From Heptranchias perlo (taxonomy: Eukaryota), in assembly GCF_035084215.1 (NCBI RefSeq), contig NC_090354.1, positions 15,624,001 through 15,688,000 on the forward strand: a stretch of DNA of 64,000 nt, given 5' to 3'. Position numbers and translations under genes: made by a program. The stretch's first letter is position 1, and the number at the start of each line of letters is the position of its first letter. The notes beneath the pieces were generated by a model. It was given only the letters and a program-made list of their open reading frames with translations, ran no database searches and was not told the origin of the DNA. Of this stretch, positions 14,411 through 28,930 are shown in pieces.

Positions 14411-15865
14411 TCACAACCAAAAGCTGCTTTTATAACGCAAGTGACTGGAACAGTCCAACTGTTGCAACGCTCACCTAAAATGTTACCACCAAGCTTCTTT
14501 TATAATTTAATGCTGGTAAACAGTACAGATCTTAAGCAGATGTGTTATCAAGAATAACAATTAACCATTCCTCTGATCAATATTTAAGTATTCGGCTCAT
14601 TAATAAAAATGGTCTTGGATGGCTTTTGACTCAGGTCTTCTCTTTTGCAATTTTACTGAGTCTGAGAAACAAAAATGGCACCAAGTTTGAGGCATTATCA
14701 CATTCTTAATATTGAATACTGGGAAGACTCTTGCTTGAGATTTATATACATCATATAAATAGCATCTCATATTCAATACAAGCAAACCTGAATAAAAAAG
14801 CAGGTTAACATAAAACTTGAGTGTGTGAATTTAAGGGCCCACAATTACTCAATTAGAAGTTCAGATTTGGTGCTGTTAGCTCGAGTGGCAGTAGAAGTGC
14901 CACAATTAGCCCTAGCACTCCTGGACTTGAAGAGCATCAGGGGGCGGGTGGAAGAAAGAGAAGGGGGAGGAGCCATGGTTCACCTACTGCACGTATAGTT
15001 GCCAGGTGAGCACAGGACTAGGTTTGGCTGCAATGTCTTCCATGGTTGAAAAGCATGCCGATCTCATTATTTAGACTCAAACATGAATAACCACTTAGGT
15101 GAAGTATTAGAGAGCAAATGGTACCTGTGAAACCATACCCCATCAACTTCATGAGAGGGGTGAAGTTATTTTTAAGTTTAAATAATGCCACCTTCAAAGC
15201 TGTACAGAAATAGAAACCCAAGAATGAGCTTTTAGATGGCAATACTTGACAACTCTCAACCTACATTTCCTGAAGTCATAGCATATTGACAAAATTTGAC
15301 AAAGACATGCCTGAGGGATTCCATTCCAAGATTAACATTAGTCTTTACAATTAGAATTTCCAATTGTAAATTAGCTTAGAAGAAAGGTAACTAGATAAGG
15401 ACAGACATAGATGCAGTTATCAGTTACTAGTTTTGGTATGATCTGATAAGTACTGGGAGCATGAGAAAGATCTGTGGGTGTGTTTGTTAGACTTCAAGTA
15501 GGTGCAAGACTCCGTATGGGATTTGTTGGACCTCTAAGTAACTAGATGGAGCACCAGACTGTTGAGATGCACAAGAGAAAAAAAGCATTGCATAGGGACA
15601 AGGCGGCTCAAAATTAAAATAGGACTTCATCGAGGCCATATCTGATCATCTATCTTGTTCAACACTGAAAGGGACCATATCACAAGCTAGGCAATGGGAG
15701 CTAGACACTGAAGATTGATAAGCCTAAAAAAGGTGTATGAATAGGTCAGAACCCAACTAAGGGACATGAAGTAGGTGGCTGGTGTTTACTAAGAGTTAAG
15801 TGTTGAAGGAAAGAAATAGGGTCCAACATAATCTTTCCAAATACCATGATTATGCCCATGGTAAT

Positions 15866-16047
15866 TTTTTTTTTTTTTTAAATTCGTTCATGGGATGTGG
15901 GCATCGCTGGTGAGGCTGGCATTTATTGCCCATCCCTAATTGCCCTTGAGAAGGTGGTGGTGAGCCGCCTTCTTGAACCGCTGCAGTCTGTGTGGTGAAG
16001 GTTCTCCCACAGTGCTGTTAGGAAAGGAGTTCTAGGATTTTGACCTG
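15866..16047 (-). mobile_element. Young, 5'-truncated LINE 3' end with A-rich tail
   Basis: A T-run followed by ttcgttcatgggatgtgggcatcgctgg...cccttgagaaggtggtggtgagcc; reverse complement of the element ending near 42475. Confidence 0.85.
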
Positions 16048-16609
16048 GAGCAGTATAGAAGATTGAAAAAATTGGGCACTAATGTGGAGGAAATGAAAAA
16101 GGTAAATGAGTTTATATACCAGAAGAGTTATATGCCCAGCGAAGGGAATCGTTAAGAATCACATGGGTCTAGCTGGAAGCATTTTGAATGAGTATGGAAA
16201 CCATTCTGGATGAGGAGGGAGATGCATCATGGAATGTGAAAAGAGCATGTACGGCTAGTGCCCAGTCAACACTTCTGTAGGGTGCAGAAACAGAAGATGC
16301 ATGCTTTTCCGACATACTGTTAAAAAATTACGTTGGGTATCAGCTAGAAGAAGAGTGAATAACACTGAAGAAATGAATAACAGCAGCCTTGTGTGCACGC
16401 CATGTAGCCTCAGAAAATTATGGAATTGGGTCCCAACTAGGAAAAGACCATGTAGAAAGCCAAAATCAAAGGACCCTGTGCAAATGAAAGAACAACAGGT
16501 AGACAGCAGAAGCTGGCAGGACAGTGCACAAAGGGATGGTCTTATCGAATTTATGACAAGCCTAGTTATCGTAACGAAATGAATAAGATGCCTCCTCCAA
16601 GAGGAAAAA

Positions 16610-16935
16610 AGTACACAGGCAATATAGACAAGCAAGGTCCCAGGTTCAATTCTAAATGAGTGTTGAGTAAGCTGATTTCAGCTGGGACAGCAATGGGAGA
16701 CTACAGATGGCTCAGTGTCTCTGTAATATGGAAGAAAAAAAGCTAGGATTCCGTTTCCCATCACAAGACTCCTGCTGGAAATTGTATGCATGTGGACATC
16801 AAGATCAGGCTCAACCAATTCCTACTATAGTCAAATAAGCCTGTTGACACATCTAATTTAGGCTAAGACATGAAGAATAATCACCATGGTGATGTACCAG
16901 AGAGAGCTACCCATGGAACTGTATTCCTTGAAGGA
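16610..16935 (+). mobile_element. Second, unassigned SINE-like family (representative copy)
   Basis: Recurrent pattern catacagaccagg..ggtcccaggttc..tgagttagctgatctcagc..ctacaattggcctcag..ggtgaggacaggat. Other copies near 3095-3400, 12120-12390(-), 13165-13460, 14870-15160, 19095-19340(-), 20925-21100, 32535-32830, 37665-37870, 38080-38240(-), 47680-47930(-) and 55685-55820. Confidence 0.7.
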
Positions 16936-17305
16936 AAAGTGGAGAAACACTAAGTTTTTTTGCAGATAACTGTACATAAAGTTGTCTTTATTTGGAAGCC
17001 AACAGTTTTAACATTTTCAACTTGAAAATATGTAGCCCAGGACTATACTACAAAAACATCAGGTGCAGGTTATACCCACTGTCCCTCATTTGGTTTGTTG
17101 TGGAGCTTGGCAGGCTGTGGGAACTGCTGAAAGAAGTCCTTTCAAACAAACAGAGAAAAAAAATCAATGACTATTTTCTCACATTGCCTAGCAGCCGAAT
17201 TTGCTATAGTTAAGAGGTCGGGAACAGGTTAAGTGCCATTCAGCAACAGAACGGCATATGTCAACCTAAAGACAGAAGCTAAAAAATGGGTGTTTTTTTT
17301 TTAGT

Positions 17306-17660
17306 GTCAGCTTTGGCTCAGTGGGAGCACTCTTGTCTGAGTCAGAAGGTTGTTGATTCAAGATCTACTAGGACTTGAGCACATGATCTAGGCTGACAGT
17401 TCAGTGCAATACTGAGGGAGTGCTGCATTGTCAGAGGTGCTGACTTTCAGGAGAGGCATTAAAGCGAGGTTCTGTCTGCTCTCTCAGGTGTCTTGGCCAT
17501 CATTTCTCTCTCAACCAACACTACCAAAAACAAATTAATCATTAATCGCGTTGACATTTGTGAGACCTTACTATAAGCAAATTGGCTACCGTGTTTGCAT
17601 ACAAGACTACACCTTCAAAAAGTAATTCATTGGCTACACAGTACATTGGGACGTCCCAAG
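17306..17660 (+). mobile_element. Deu-domain tRNA-derived SINE (SacSINE1/AmnSINE1-like)
   Basis: A-box-like tggctcagtgg, B-box-like gattcaag, central tgagggagtgctgcattgtcagaggtgc, and an L2-like tail. Related copies near 33100, 39040-39340, 59760-60135 and 60520-61070. Confidence 0.8.
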
Positions 17661-20600
17661 GGTGTGTTTTGTTCCAGCCAGTCTAAAGTTCTGTTTTCCT
17701 CATATGTGCTTGTTTCAGATTCTATGAATCTTGCTAGTTTTAGAATGATTGTACCACATTTCATTTCAATACTGCCAATGTGGGATTGTTTTGTAATTGC
17801 AGTTGTTATCACCATTTCACAATTGTTACTCTAGTTTGTATGCAATAAATTTTAACTGTTCGGAAGCTTATACATGTAGTTTGTGAGAAGATTTATTGTA
17901 AACCACATTACACTGTAGTTCATCCATTTGTGTGTTTAGAACTTGGATGATTCAGTGGAAATGGAAACTTAATCATAAAAAAAGTTAAAAAAAGTTGTTT
18001 TGTTGGGGAGGCAGAGAAGGGGAGAGATTTAACCAACCCAGCTTTTTAAAATGGGCTTTGTTTACTTCGAATTAGCTAAATGCAAGAGAATCAGACAATA
18101 TGAATTCTGACATCATCCCTCTCCCCTTTGCTGCCCTCACACTGAACCATCTTAAAAGGATGACTACTCCCATGGTTTTTTTTTTGGGGGGGGGGGGGGG
18201 CAGTACAGCTGGGGGAATTTTTAAAAATTGTATGCTTTCACTATGCCCACAGAAGCAACATATAAAACAGGCCCTAATCAACCCATTGAAGGATGCTGGA
18301 GGCAGTCAGTCAATGTTATTTCACCTTTGCTACATTTTTCACACATTCCTGCTGTACAAACGAGGAACTGTGAATGCAGCTCTGAACACAAGTGAGTTAT
18401 TAAGGCCACCACTCAGGTCCACACAAAACCAAAACCATGGGATGTTCATTATGCTGACAATCCAATTATACAACCTCAACCAAGGAAAATCTGGATTTTT
18501 AAACATTGAATACATAACAACACTTGCCAGATTCATACTCAGTAAAGATAAAATAGTTAATTTAAGGGAATTCAACTATATTTCTTACACTGCCCACTCA
18601 ATAGGAACTGGGGGATGATACAATGAGAAATGCTCATGACAACATACTCTGTTTTACACCTACAATGGTCAGCACACAAACAGAAAAGACATTCAAGCCA
18701 CAACAAGGGCCAATTAACCATACAAAGAACATTGTTTATTCACAGGAAACAACACTATAGCTTACTTTAATTACACAAAGGAAGTGTTTATAGAACCTCC
18801 GCAAGCTTATTCGACCAATGGTTACACCACCATACAAGTGAAACAATCTCAAGAATTCTTATACCACAATTTTCATTCTTATAAAAATATTTTTTCAAGT
18901 GAATTCAATATTTGAGTCAGCACCTGTTGAGCCATGTATCTAATATTATGTACTTGAAGAAATAACACGAATGCAAAATAAAAGCTATACCATTCCTTTT
19001 CAGTTTTTATTTTAAAATGGTCACAAATCAAATGATGCCTCATCTGCCACATTAAATAACGAAGAGCTGGTGAGAATTCCAAAGCTGTCTTTCCCCCTGC
19101 CCCTTTGCTACAATGTTCACCCGCCTCAATACATGACTCCTGGTGGTGTAGTTTCACTGGTACCTTCCACTTCCTCCCCCAAGTGGATGTTCTTTATATA
19201 TGTGAGCTTAGACAGCAATATTAGCCAATTCAGCTATGGGGAGCATCACACCCAAGCCCAATCTTGTATTCCACACACTTTCCATCGTGGTCACTGGAAC
19301 CTTAACATCAGGCTGTTGAGACCAATTGTAGCATCCCTGCGCCCACTCTGGCTGGAAGAGTTGCAAGGCTGTCTGAAGATATAATAAACTTCAATGACAA
19401 ATGCTCAGCCTCTGAAGTTGAACTCTACACTTAAACTCACTTATTGTTCATTAAAACCCTTCATGTACACTGAACACAGTACTGTGTAATGTAAGTGAAA
19501 GGATGAAGCAAGTGGTGCAAGTGATTTGACACATACTATAAGTAAATTTTTCCTCTCTCTTTTCCTCCCCTCAAAGTAGACTATGGAACATGAATTTACT
19601 CAATACAATTTTCATTTTTCTTTGCACAAAGCCTCATACTAAATACAGAATATTACTTTGAGGTTTCAAGCAATTCCAACCACTGTAAGACTAAGGCCTA
19701 TTTCTATTCCCTACGGAATAAATTGCTTTTAAACAATACTTTAAGATTAGTCCCTAATCTTAGCCATAGCAGTTGTGCAATACAACTGACTGGCTAGGAG
19801 AGTGGCAGTGAGTGAACCCAATGTTCTTAATCTTGCACTAGTGATCTTTGCTGAGGTATGCATGTAGGTGCAAGCTGAGAAAGGGCAAAATGAATATGGA
19901 GAACACAGGAAATAAAAAAGGTAGGAGAATGGGCAAATTACACAGCAAATGCAGTTTAACGTACACAATAGGAAAATAGAACATTTTGGGAAAATGAGAA
20001 TGGAAATATACCATAAACCGTAAAATTAGCAATGGAGTTGAGGAACAGAGGCCTTGAAATTACACAGAATAGGTAGAAATTCTACTATTTCAGTGGAGGT
20101 GTTAACATATTCAAAATTAAGAGAGGGGTTCAGAGGTTAAAAGTGAAGAATTACTTCTAATGGCCAAAAATTTCCATGCAAAGAATTATTCGAATATGGA
20201 ATCCTAGTCACTTAACACTTAAGGAAATAAATAGGAAAGAGCAGGGAAGTGGGATTTCAGTAGAGAGCCGAGATGTGGAGCTGGTACTGACAAAATGGGC
20301 TAGATGAACTCCTGTGCTGAAATTTCCACAAGACCTTCATGGCCTGTATAGCTCAGTGCCACAATACATAATAAATTTATCTAGAGCCATCTGCAGAAGG
20401 ACGGGATCTCCAAATTCACCTACTTCCATAGGGTATGGGTAAGCAAAATAATTTGTTGATTTCGGCACAGGAAGTGGGGCTACATTACTGGAATTTAAAG
20501 ACTGAATTGTCCCTGGAGTCGATAATAGAACGTCATAGGAAACATACTATAAATTTTTTGCTGTGTTAGGATCCACAAAGATTACCTCCTTCCTCCCCTT

Positions 20601-21094
20601 GAAGGAAATTATGAACAAATAGCATACATCACAGCAGAAAACAGAGTTAAATGTCAAACTCACCACTACTATGTGGGGTGTAAACCATTCCATAAATAAT
20701 TAAGCAACCATTTGAAACCAAAATAATTTTGCTAAACAGGTGCCCGTTTTTAGTATCCATCCAGCAGCCAACTTATGCATATGACATTCTATGAAAGTTT
20801 TCATGCACATGAAACTATATTTCAAAATACTTTTCAGTATTTACAATACGACCTGCATAAAGTGCAGCAGAAACTAAAGAAGTCCAATTTTTGAAAATGA
20901 TTTTAGCTTCCCCAATAGTTCAATTTATCTAGTGAGTAGGTGAACCATACAGACCAAAATGGTCCCTAGTTCAATTCCAGATCTGTGCTGAATTAGCAGT
21001 TCTCAACCAAAGTGGCAGTCAGGGCACTACAGTGGATGAAAGAAAAACAGCTAGGGCTTCATACTCTTGATCGCTAGCGAACAGATATCACCAC

Positions 21095-21146
21095 TGAAAG
21101 TACACACACGTTCCTGAAATTACACACACGTTCCTGAAATGTACAC
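21095..21146. repeat. 20-bp tandem repeat, about 2.5 copies
   Basis: tacacacacgttcctgaaat twice, plus partial flanks. Confidence 0.85.
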
Positions 21147-21611
21147 CAAATATTTGAATTATCTTTATAAATGGAACCAGGATGAAAATTTAACTGTCAC
21201 AGGTAGGCTTTAAGGAAATCTGCCATTTAAGTAATACTACAGCTCTAAACGAGATTAAAATATAGGTTTTATAAAATACATAGCAACAAAGGCAGATAAA
21301 TTAATGGAAATAATCAAGGAAAAATATCATAGCCACAGCTCAAATATGTTCCATAACTTAACGCATAGACGATTTTAAATAACTTGCAGATCACCCAACA
21401 AAAATCATGCAGAATTCACTACCAACATTGAAGAGAACTGCTAAATCAAAATGGAGCCATCCACTGAGAAACATATTCAAACTAGAGGATTTAAATTTTA
21501 TTTTTTAAAAAATGCACAGCATGACAAAATCCTTATTCTTCCCTTCAGCCCCCCATCCACACTTTCCCAAAGAAATGTTTTTATTTTTTTTCAAAAATTT
21601 CATTTTTCTCA

Positions 21612-21923
<312 letters not shown>

Positions 21924-22869
21924 TCAAACCCATTCACTAATCTTTCAACTGTAATTCACATGTGTCTCAACAACTACTTAAATTTGGTTACAGTCCAAAA
22001 TTCAACATACAACACTAATGATTCACCAGTTAGAGAACTTACTTTCATATAGCAAACACTTGAGACACTATAAATCTTGATTTAGTTTTGCAGCATAACC
22101 TCTTAAGTATTAGTTACTTAAGTTAAGCCAAAAGATAGCCAACTTATTCTGCACAGATACATCATGCACAACTGCTGGTAAAACTTCAAAAAGATGTAAA
22201 ATGATTTTGAAGAATTATTTAGTGTTTCTGAATTAATTTTTTAAATATTTAATGTGACTTTTTTAGTACATTACTGACACTGGAATCCTCCGTCAATATG
22301 ATCTGAACATGTTGCTACTTGACATTTCTATGCGTCAGCACCGTTATGCATCATAAATTGATGTCAGGAGTCAAAAGTTTATTTCTCTCATTTAAAACTT
22401 TCAAAAATTTATAGTGAGTCACCCACAGAATACAGAAATCAGTGTACTATTGACTGGCCAGTATCACTAGCTCAGACCAAGTTGTACTCCAATTTTCATT
22501 ACTGTCAAGAAATTCCTGGACTCTGCTTAATACCTTCCCATGACTAGAGTAAATGGTGGGACACAGCATATCCTGTAACTTTGTATACTTGCCATCTGTA
22601 ATGTGATTTATTGCAGAAGTACTGCAATTTTGTAAAATTGTAGTGCGCAACCTCCTGTAAATAGGCTTCCTGCCATGCTTCCAGCGAAGTTACAATAGCA
22701 GAGCAGGAGTAGCACCAAGGAAATTCCCGACCTATGTCATTAATTCTGGGCAATTAGGACAATGTATTTCTTGGCCTAATATTTCAGGATTCAACTGAAC
22801 ATCGACATGGCCAACAGGTGCCATTAGCTATAAAAAGCTGCTAGCATTGAAAATCCTTTCTATTTATCT

Positions 22870-24480
22870 ATACAGGACAGTCAACGTGGATTTGTTAAGG
22901 GGAGGTTGTGTCTGACACACTTGATTGAATTTTTTGAGGAAGCAACAAGGAGGGTCGATGAGGGTAGCACATCTGATATAGTCTACATGGATTTTAGCAA
23001 GGCTTTTGACAAGGTCCCACATGGCAGACTGGTCAGAAAAGTAAAAGCCCACAGGATCCAAGTGAAAGCGGCAAGTTGGATCCAAAATTGGCTCAGTGGC
23101 AGAAAGCAAAGGGTAATGGTCAATGGGTGTTTTTATGACCAGAAGGCCGTTTCCAATGGGGTTCCGCAGGGCTCAGTACTGGGTCCCTTGCTTTTTGTGG
23201 TATATAGAATCATAGAAGTTACAACATGGAAACAGGCCCTTCGGCCCAACATGTCCATGTCGCCCAGTTTATACCACTAAGCTAGTCCCAATTGCCTGCA
23301 CTTGGCCCATATCCCTCGATACCCATCTTCCCCATGTAACTGTCCAAATGCTTTTTAAAAGACAAAATTGTACCCGCCTCTACTACTGCCTCTGGCAGCT
23401 CGTTCCAGACACTCACCACCCTTTGAGTGAAAAAATTGCCCCTCTGGACCCTTTTGTATCTCTCCCCTCTCACCTTAAATCTATGCCCCCTCGTTATAGA
23501 CTCCCCTACCTTTGGGAAAAGATATATATCGATGATTTAGACTTAAATATAGGGGGCATGATTAAGAAGTTTGCAGATGATACAGAAATTGACCATGTGG
23601 TTGATAATGAGGAAGAAAGCTGTAGACTGCAGGAAGATATCAATGGACTGGTCAGGTGAGCAGAAAAGTGGCAAATGGGATTCAATCCAGAGAAGTGTGA
23701 GGTAATGCATTTGGGGAGGGCAAACATGGCAAGGGAATACACAATATGTGGGAGGATGCTGAGAGGTGTAGATGAACAGAGGGACCTTGGAGTACATGTC
23801 CACAGATCCCTGAAGGTAGGAGGACAGATAGATAAGATGGTTAAGAAGGCATATGGGATACTTTCCTTTATTAGCCAAGGCACAGAATATAAGAGCAGGG
23901 ATGATATGCTAGAACTATGTAAAACACTAGTTTGGCCACATCTAGAGTACTGCGTACAGTTCCGGGCACCGCATTACAGGGAAGATGTGATTGTACTAGA
24001 GAGGGTGCAATGGAGATTTACGAGGATGTTGCCAGGGCTGGAGCTTTTTAGCTATGAGGAAAGATCGGATAAGCTGGGATTGTTTTCTTTGGAACAGGAG
24101 GAGGCTGAAGGGAGATTTAATTAAGGTGTACAAAATTATGAGGGACCTAGATGGAGTGGATAGGAAGGACTATTTCCTTTAGCAGAGAGGTCAATAACCA
24201 GGGGGCATAGATTTAAAGTAATTGGTAGAAGGACTGGAGGGGAGTTGAGGAGAAGTTTTTTCACCCAGAGGGTGGTGGAACTCACTGCCTGAAAAGGATG
24301 GTAGAGGCAGAAACCCTCATCACATTTAACAAGTACTTGGACATGCACTTATGTGCCGTAACCTACAAGGCTATGAACTAAGAGCTGGAAAGTGGAATTA
24401 GGCTGGATAGCTCTTTCTCGGCCGGTACAGATATGATGGGCCGAATGGCCTCCATTTGTGCCGTAAATTTCTATGATTCT
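22870..24480 (+). mobile_element. CR1 LINE (RT domain to 3' tail), interrupted by a nested insertion
   Basis: Motifs YMDFSKAFDKVPH, GVPQGSVLGPLLF, KFADDT and FNPEKCEVMHLG; terminal ttctatgattct. Confidence 0.95.
23207..23522 (-). mobile_element. Nested antisense CR1 3' end with TATATA target-site duplication
   Basis: Minus-strand RGNFFTQRVVSVWNELP. tatata at 23201-23206 and 23523-23528; removing the insert restores the host frame VVYIDDLD. Confidence 0.92.
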
Positions 24481-26058
24481 GTACACACAGATAGCTGTCC
24501 AAAACCATATCTCAGCCAACATGTAATTTTCAAATGGAAAAATGCTGAAAGACACGAGCCCACTTACATCAATATTACTCTTACAAGTTCACTTTGCATG
24601 CTGTATAATTAGCTCACTCTCTGTCCCAGCTTTCTTTTTACTTAGTCCAACCTCTTTTCCCAGGCAAAATTATATTGACACTCTGGGACATGGTATTTAC
24701 AGAGCAGTTTCTCTTTAATGAAGCCGTTAGGCAAGATCCATCTCCTATAACACCAATCCAGCCCTGCGTCAGCTGAATAAATTGACTACTGCTAGCCAGC
24801 TGAAGGCTTGGAACAGAGAGGCAATAATCTACTGGACATAAAATAGAGTCATAGAGTTAAAATGTGCAATAAAATCCTTTACAGACCAGACCACAGATCC
24901 AGCAATACCATCAACAGACTATTAACCAAACACAGGGCCAGGGAGGAGATTTTCATTTTTTTTTTTAAGTATGCTAAAACTATAGTCACTTCAAATTATA
25001 CACAACTTCAAAAAATTAAGTTGCACTGACCAATGGCAAGATGGATGGTAGTGTGACATTTATTAGTCATACTAGGTCTGCCCAGTTGCCATTTGGAATT
25101 TACCCAAGTATTTCAGACAGCATTGGTCATATATTCCCCATGTTATTTGTAAAAAAAAGGCTCCAAGAAACCCTTTTCAACACTCATTATTCTGTGCCCT
25201 AACATAGCCTGTACAGTACACAGTTGTAAGAGTTCAGCCTTTGAGTAGGTAAACCACATTCTTATAAGATAAACTACACTCTTATATCAACCAGCTTGGA
25301 AGCAGACGTAGATAGCATTCACCAGACCTACCCATTCAAGGGCAGCTAAAACACATCTTGTTTGGAAGCTCAAAGTCAATCAAGAGTGGCATTCAAACTC
25401 AACTCTCTTGTCAAGTGTACAGAACTCCAGTAATGTAGCTAGCCCTCTGTTCATTTTTTTGTAACTAACTGGTTTCTTACCTGAAAATTAGTATTGTATT
25501 AAAAGGTTTACAGTCTTAAAGTCAGATGTAACCTTGTAAGGTAATCATACTACACTGAGAATCGATAAGAGGTCAATTCTCATCTGTGGAATAAGCCTGA
25601 CCTACTAATCACAAAGTGTTGTTTTTTCCATTCCCTTCAAATTAAAAAACGTTATAATTCTATTGCAGTGTCAATACCTTTATAACTATAATTCATTACA
25701 GCAGTTGAATTGGAGTTGATACTGGACCAATATTGTAGAAAACATAAGCACTCAATTCACAATAGGTAATCTTAGCATATTTAATTTCTGAATTCTTTAT
25801 TATCCAATTTTCTTTGAGTCAGTTCGGAAAAGTTATCCATCCCACCAACGTGCAACATGTTGCTTTAAAGCGATAACTATTCCAACATGTATATACATTT
25901 TTTGAACAAACTTAATTTCTACTACATCATGTACCATATTAGAACATATGCTCAGAGCCCAATTAATGCCGAAATTATATTCAAAATATGTATTCAAGAA
26001 AAAAAAATCAATTTTGTAAATGCATTCAAGGGAATACAATAAAAATGGCTATCCAGGT

Positions 26059-26370
26059 AATAGGAACAGTAGCAGGCCCTCAAGTCTGTTCTGCCATTCT
26101 ATTAATCTATGGTTGATCTGTACCTCAACTCCATTTACCTGCCTTGGCTCCACATTCCTTGATACCCTTACCTTATATAAAAAAAAGTCAAAGTCTTGAA
26201 AATTTTGTGAAAATGAAGTACTTTTAAAGTGTAATTAATCCTAAACCCTGTTATAATTTTGGTGAATCTGCACCGCCTCCTACTCCCCACCCTCCTCATA
26301 TACCAATATATCCTTCTTGAGGTGCGGTGCACAAAACTGAATGCAGTATTTGAGATGGGGTCAGAGGTCT
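26059..26370 (-). mobile_element. CR1 fragments
   Basis: CR1 3'UTR (ggttgatctgtacctcaactcc) and ORF2 piece gaggtgcggtgcacaaaactgaatgcagtat. Confidence 0.75.
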
Positions 26371-26564
26371 TAGTCTCGCCCTTTCTAAAAGAATACAAAT
26401 CAAAGACCCATTTGAAAACCCAAGTGCTAAGTAAACACATAATCCTTAGGACAGCTCCAATCAGCTTCACCTTACTAACAATTACAGAAAGAAATAGCAT
26501 AGAAAATATCAAATTAATTGGCAAGCTGAGTAAACTGAATATGGTCACTTTCTTCAATATGCTA

Positions 26565-27340
26565 TGAAAGCCTGCCACAAACTCCGTTCCCTTGCCACCG
26601 ATTCCATCCCTCTGCCCGGCCACTGTCACAAGCTGAACCAGACTGTTCGCAACGTCGACATCGTTTTTGATCCCGAGCTGCGCTTCCAACCCCATATCCT
26701 CTCCATCACAACAACCACCTACTTCCACCTCCATCATATCGCCCATGTCTGACCCTGCCTCAGCCCATATGAAACCCTCATCCATGCTTTTGTTACCTCC
26801 TGATTCGACTATTCCAATACTCTCCCAGCGGGCCTTCCATCTTCCATAAAGCCCATCCAAAGCTCTGCTGCCCGTATCCTAACTCATACCAAATCCTGTT
26901 CATCCATCACCCCTGTGCTCACTGACGTACACTGGCTCCCAGTCCACCAATGCCTCAATTTTAAAAATCTCATCCTCGTGTTCAGATCCCTCCATGGCCT
27001 CACCCCTCCCTATCTCTGTAATGTCCTCCAGCCCAACAAACCTTCTTTAATTCTGCGTTCCTTCAACTCTACTTGTGGATCCCTCACTTCCTTCACCCTA
27101 CCAATTGCAGCTGTGCCTTCAGCCGTCTAGGCCCCAAGCTCTGGAATTCCCTCCCTAAGCTTCTCCGCATCTCTCTCCTCCTTGAGGACGCTCCTTAAAA
27201 CGTATCTCTGACCAACTTTTTGGTCACCTGTCTTAATGACTCCTTCTTTGACTCGGTCAATTTTTGTCTGCATACGCTCCTGTGAAGTGCCTTGAGACAT
27301 TTTACATTAGAAGCATATAAATGCAAGTTGTTGTTGTTGA
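26565..27340 (+). mobile_element. L2-clade LINE 3' portion
   Basis: Fragments TVRNVDIVFDPEL and LTDVHWLPVHQCLNFK; ctctggaattccctccct; tail aaatgcaagttgttgttgttg. Confidence 0.85.
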
Positions 27341-28199
27341 CTCCTTATATCTAGATCTAAAATATTTGAATATGCAAATTCATAACACCAATACTTGGAT
27401 ACCAACAATCATAGCATGTTAATACCCACAGTATAATAGACTAATGAAGCGTAGCAAAATATCAAATTTGATGAAACCTTAAGAATATTGTTTAAATCTG
27501 CATTTTAAAGCACAAATTATACTGAAGCATGCTTATTAACAGAAAGCAGTTTCGCCGAACTGAAACTACAGGTTTACTAGCGGGAAGAGCAAGGAAAACT
27601 TCCACTGATGTAAAATATGCTGATAACATCCCCGCCGAAAGTAAATTAACTACGCGTCAATCCATCTTTAACTAGTTTCAATTTCCTTCAGGAATATAAA
27701 GATCGCCGGTTTATTCTGCGGCATCTACTTTATTAGGTGGGTTATTTATTTGGCGGAACTAAATAACAAACAGAAACCAAGACGGCGGAACCAAGCTTTG
27801 CCCTACCCATGGTAACCACATAAGCAGCCAGCCACACTTACTCGGATACAGCCTCACCATTCCAAGGTACCTCAATTACCAGAATTTTTATAATTTAAGG
27901 ATTACTATCGATTCAGCCCTAACATCAATAAACGGTTGTTAGAATTCAGTGCCACATAAAGGATTTTTCATACAATGAGCATCCAGCAAGGCCATGATGT
28001 AACCAGCGAACTGCCAAATAATGTTCATTCAGCCTCACCTTATGCCAAATAGTGTACCAACAACTATAAAATGAAAGCCTATACACAGATTCAAATACTG
28101 ATCAATCATAACATTTAATTGCAAGGTTATACTTATCAGGTAAAATATAACAATGCGCGTACTAGCAATTATTCTAGTTTCTACAGTTAGCCACTTTTT

Positions 28200-28641
<442 letters not shown>

Positions 28642-28930
28642 TCAGAAAGAAAAAAAAAGTAGCTTGGTCACATACTAAGCAGTCGTGATATTTCAACTCA
28701 CGTCCTAACATGCGATAGATTTAGTTATATTAAGCCTTTTTAAACCTCACAAAAGTTACTATAGAATGATACAGGACAGGAGGCCCATCGTGCCTGTGTA
28801 AGTACCAAGGTTTGAAACCGCCTTACTCGAGAGAAAAAAAAGAAATACTTGCACTTCTATAGCCTTTCACGACCTCAGGACATCCCAAAGCTCTTCACTA
28901 CCTACTGAAGCAGAGATGACAATTGCCCCT

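Noticed and set aside
15300-16600. Purine-rich stretch with short ORFs, possible LTR or L1 relic
   Set aside because: No diagnostic motif could be identified by eye apart from the small LINE tail at 15866-16047; left unannotated.
17306-17380. tRNA gene
   Set aside because: The A/B-box-like motifs belong to a SINE head; there is no cloverleaf and the sequence continues into the SINE body.
18100-18618. 172-aa ORF in LSM12 intron 2
   Set aside because: No domain similarity, includes poly-T and poly-G runs, no supporting splice structure.
21095-21146. CRISPR-like repeats
   Set aside because: Adjacent tandem units with no spacers, in vertebrate DNA with no cas genes.
26168-26860. 230-aa minus-strand ORF
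   Set aside because: Chance read-through across the antisense of an L2 fragment, unique AT-rich DNA and a CR1 piece; no recognisable domain.
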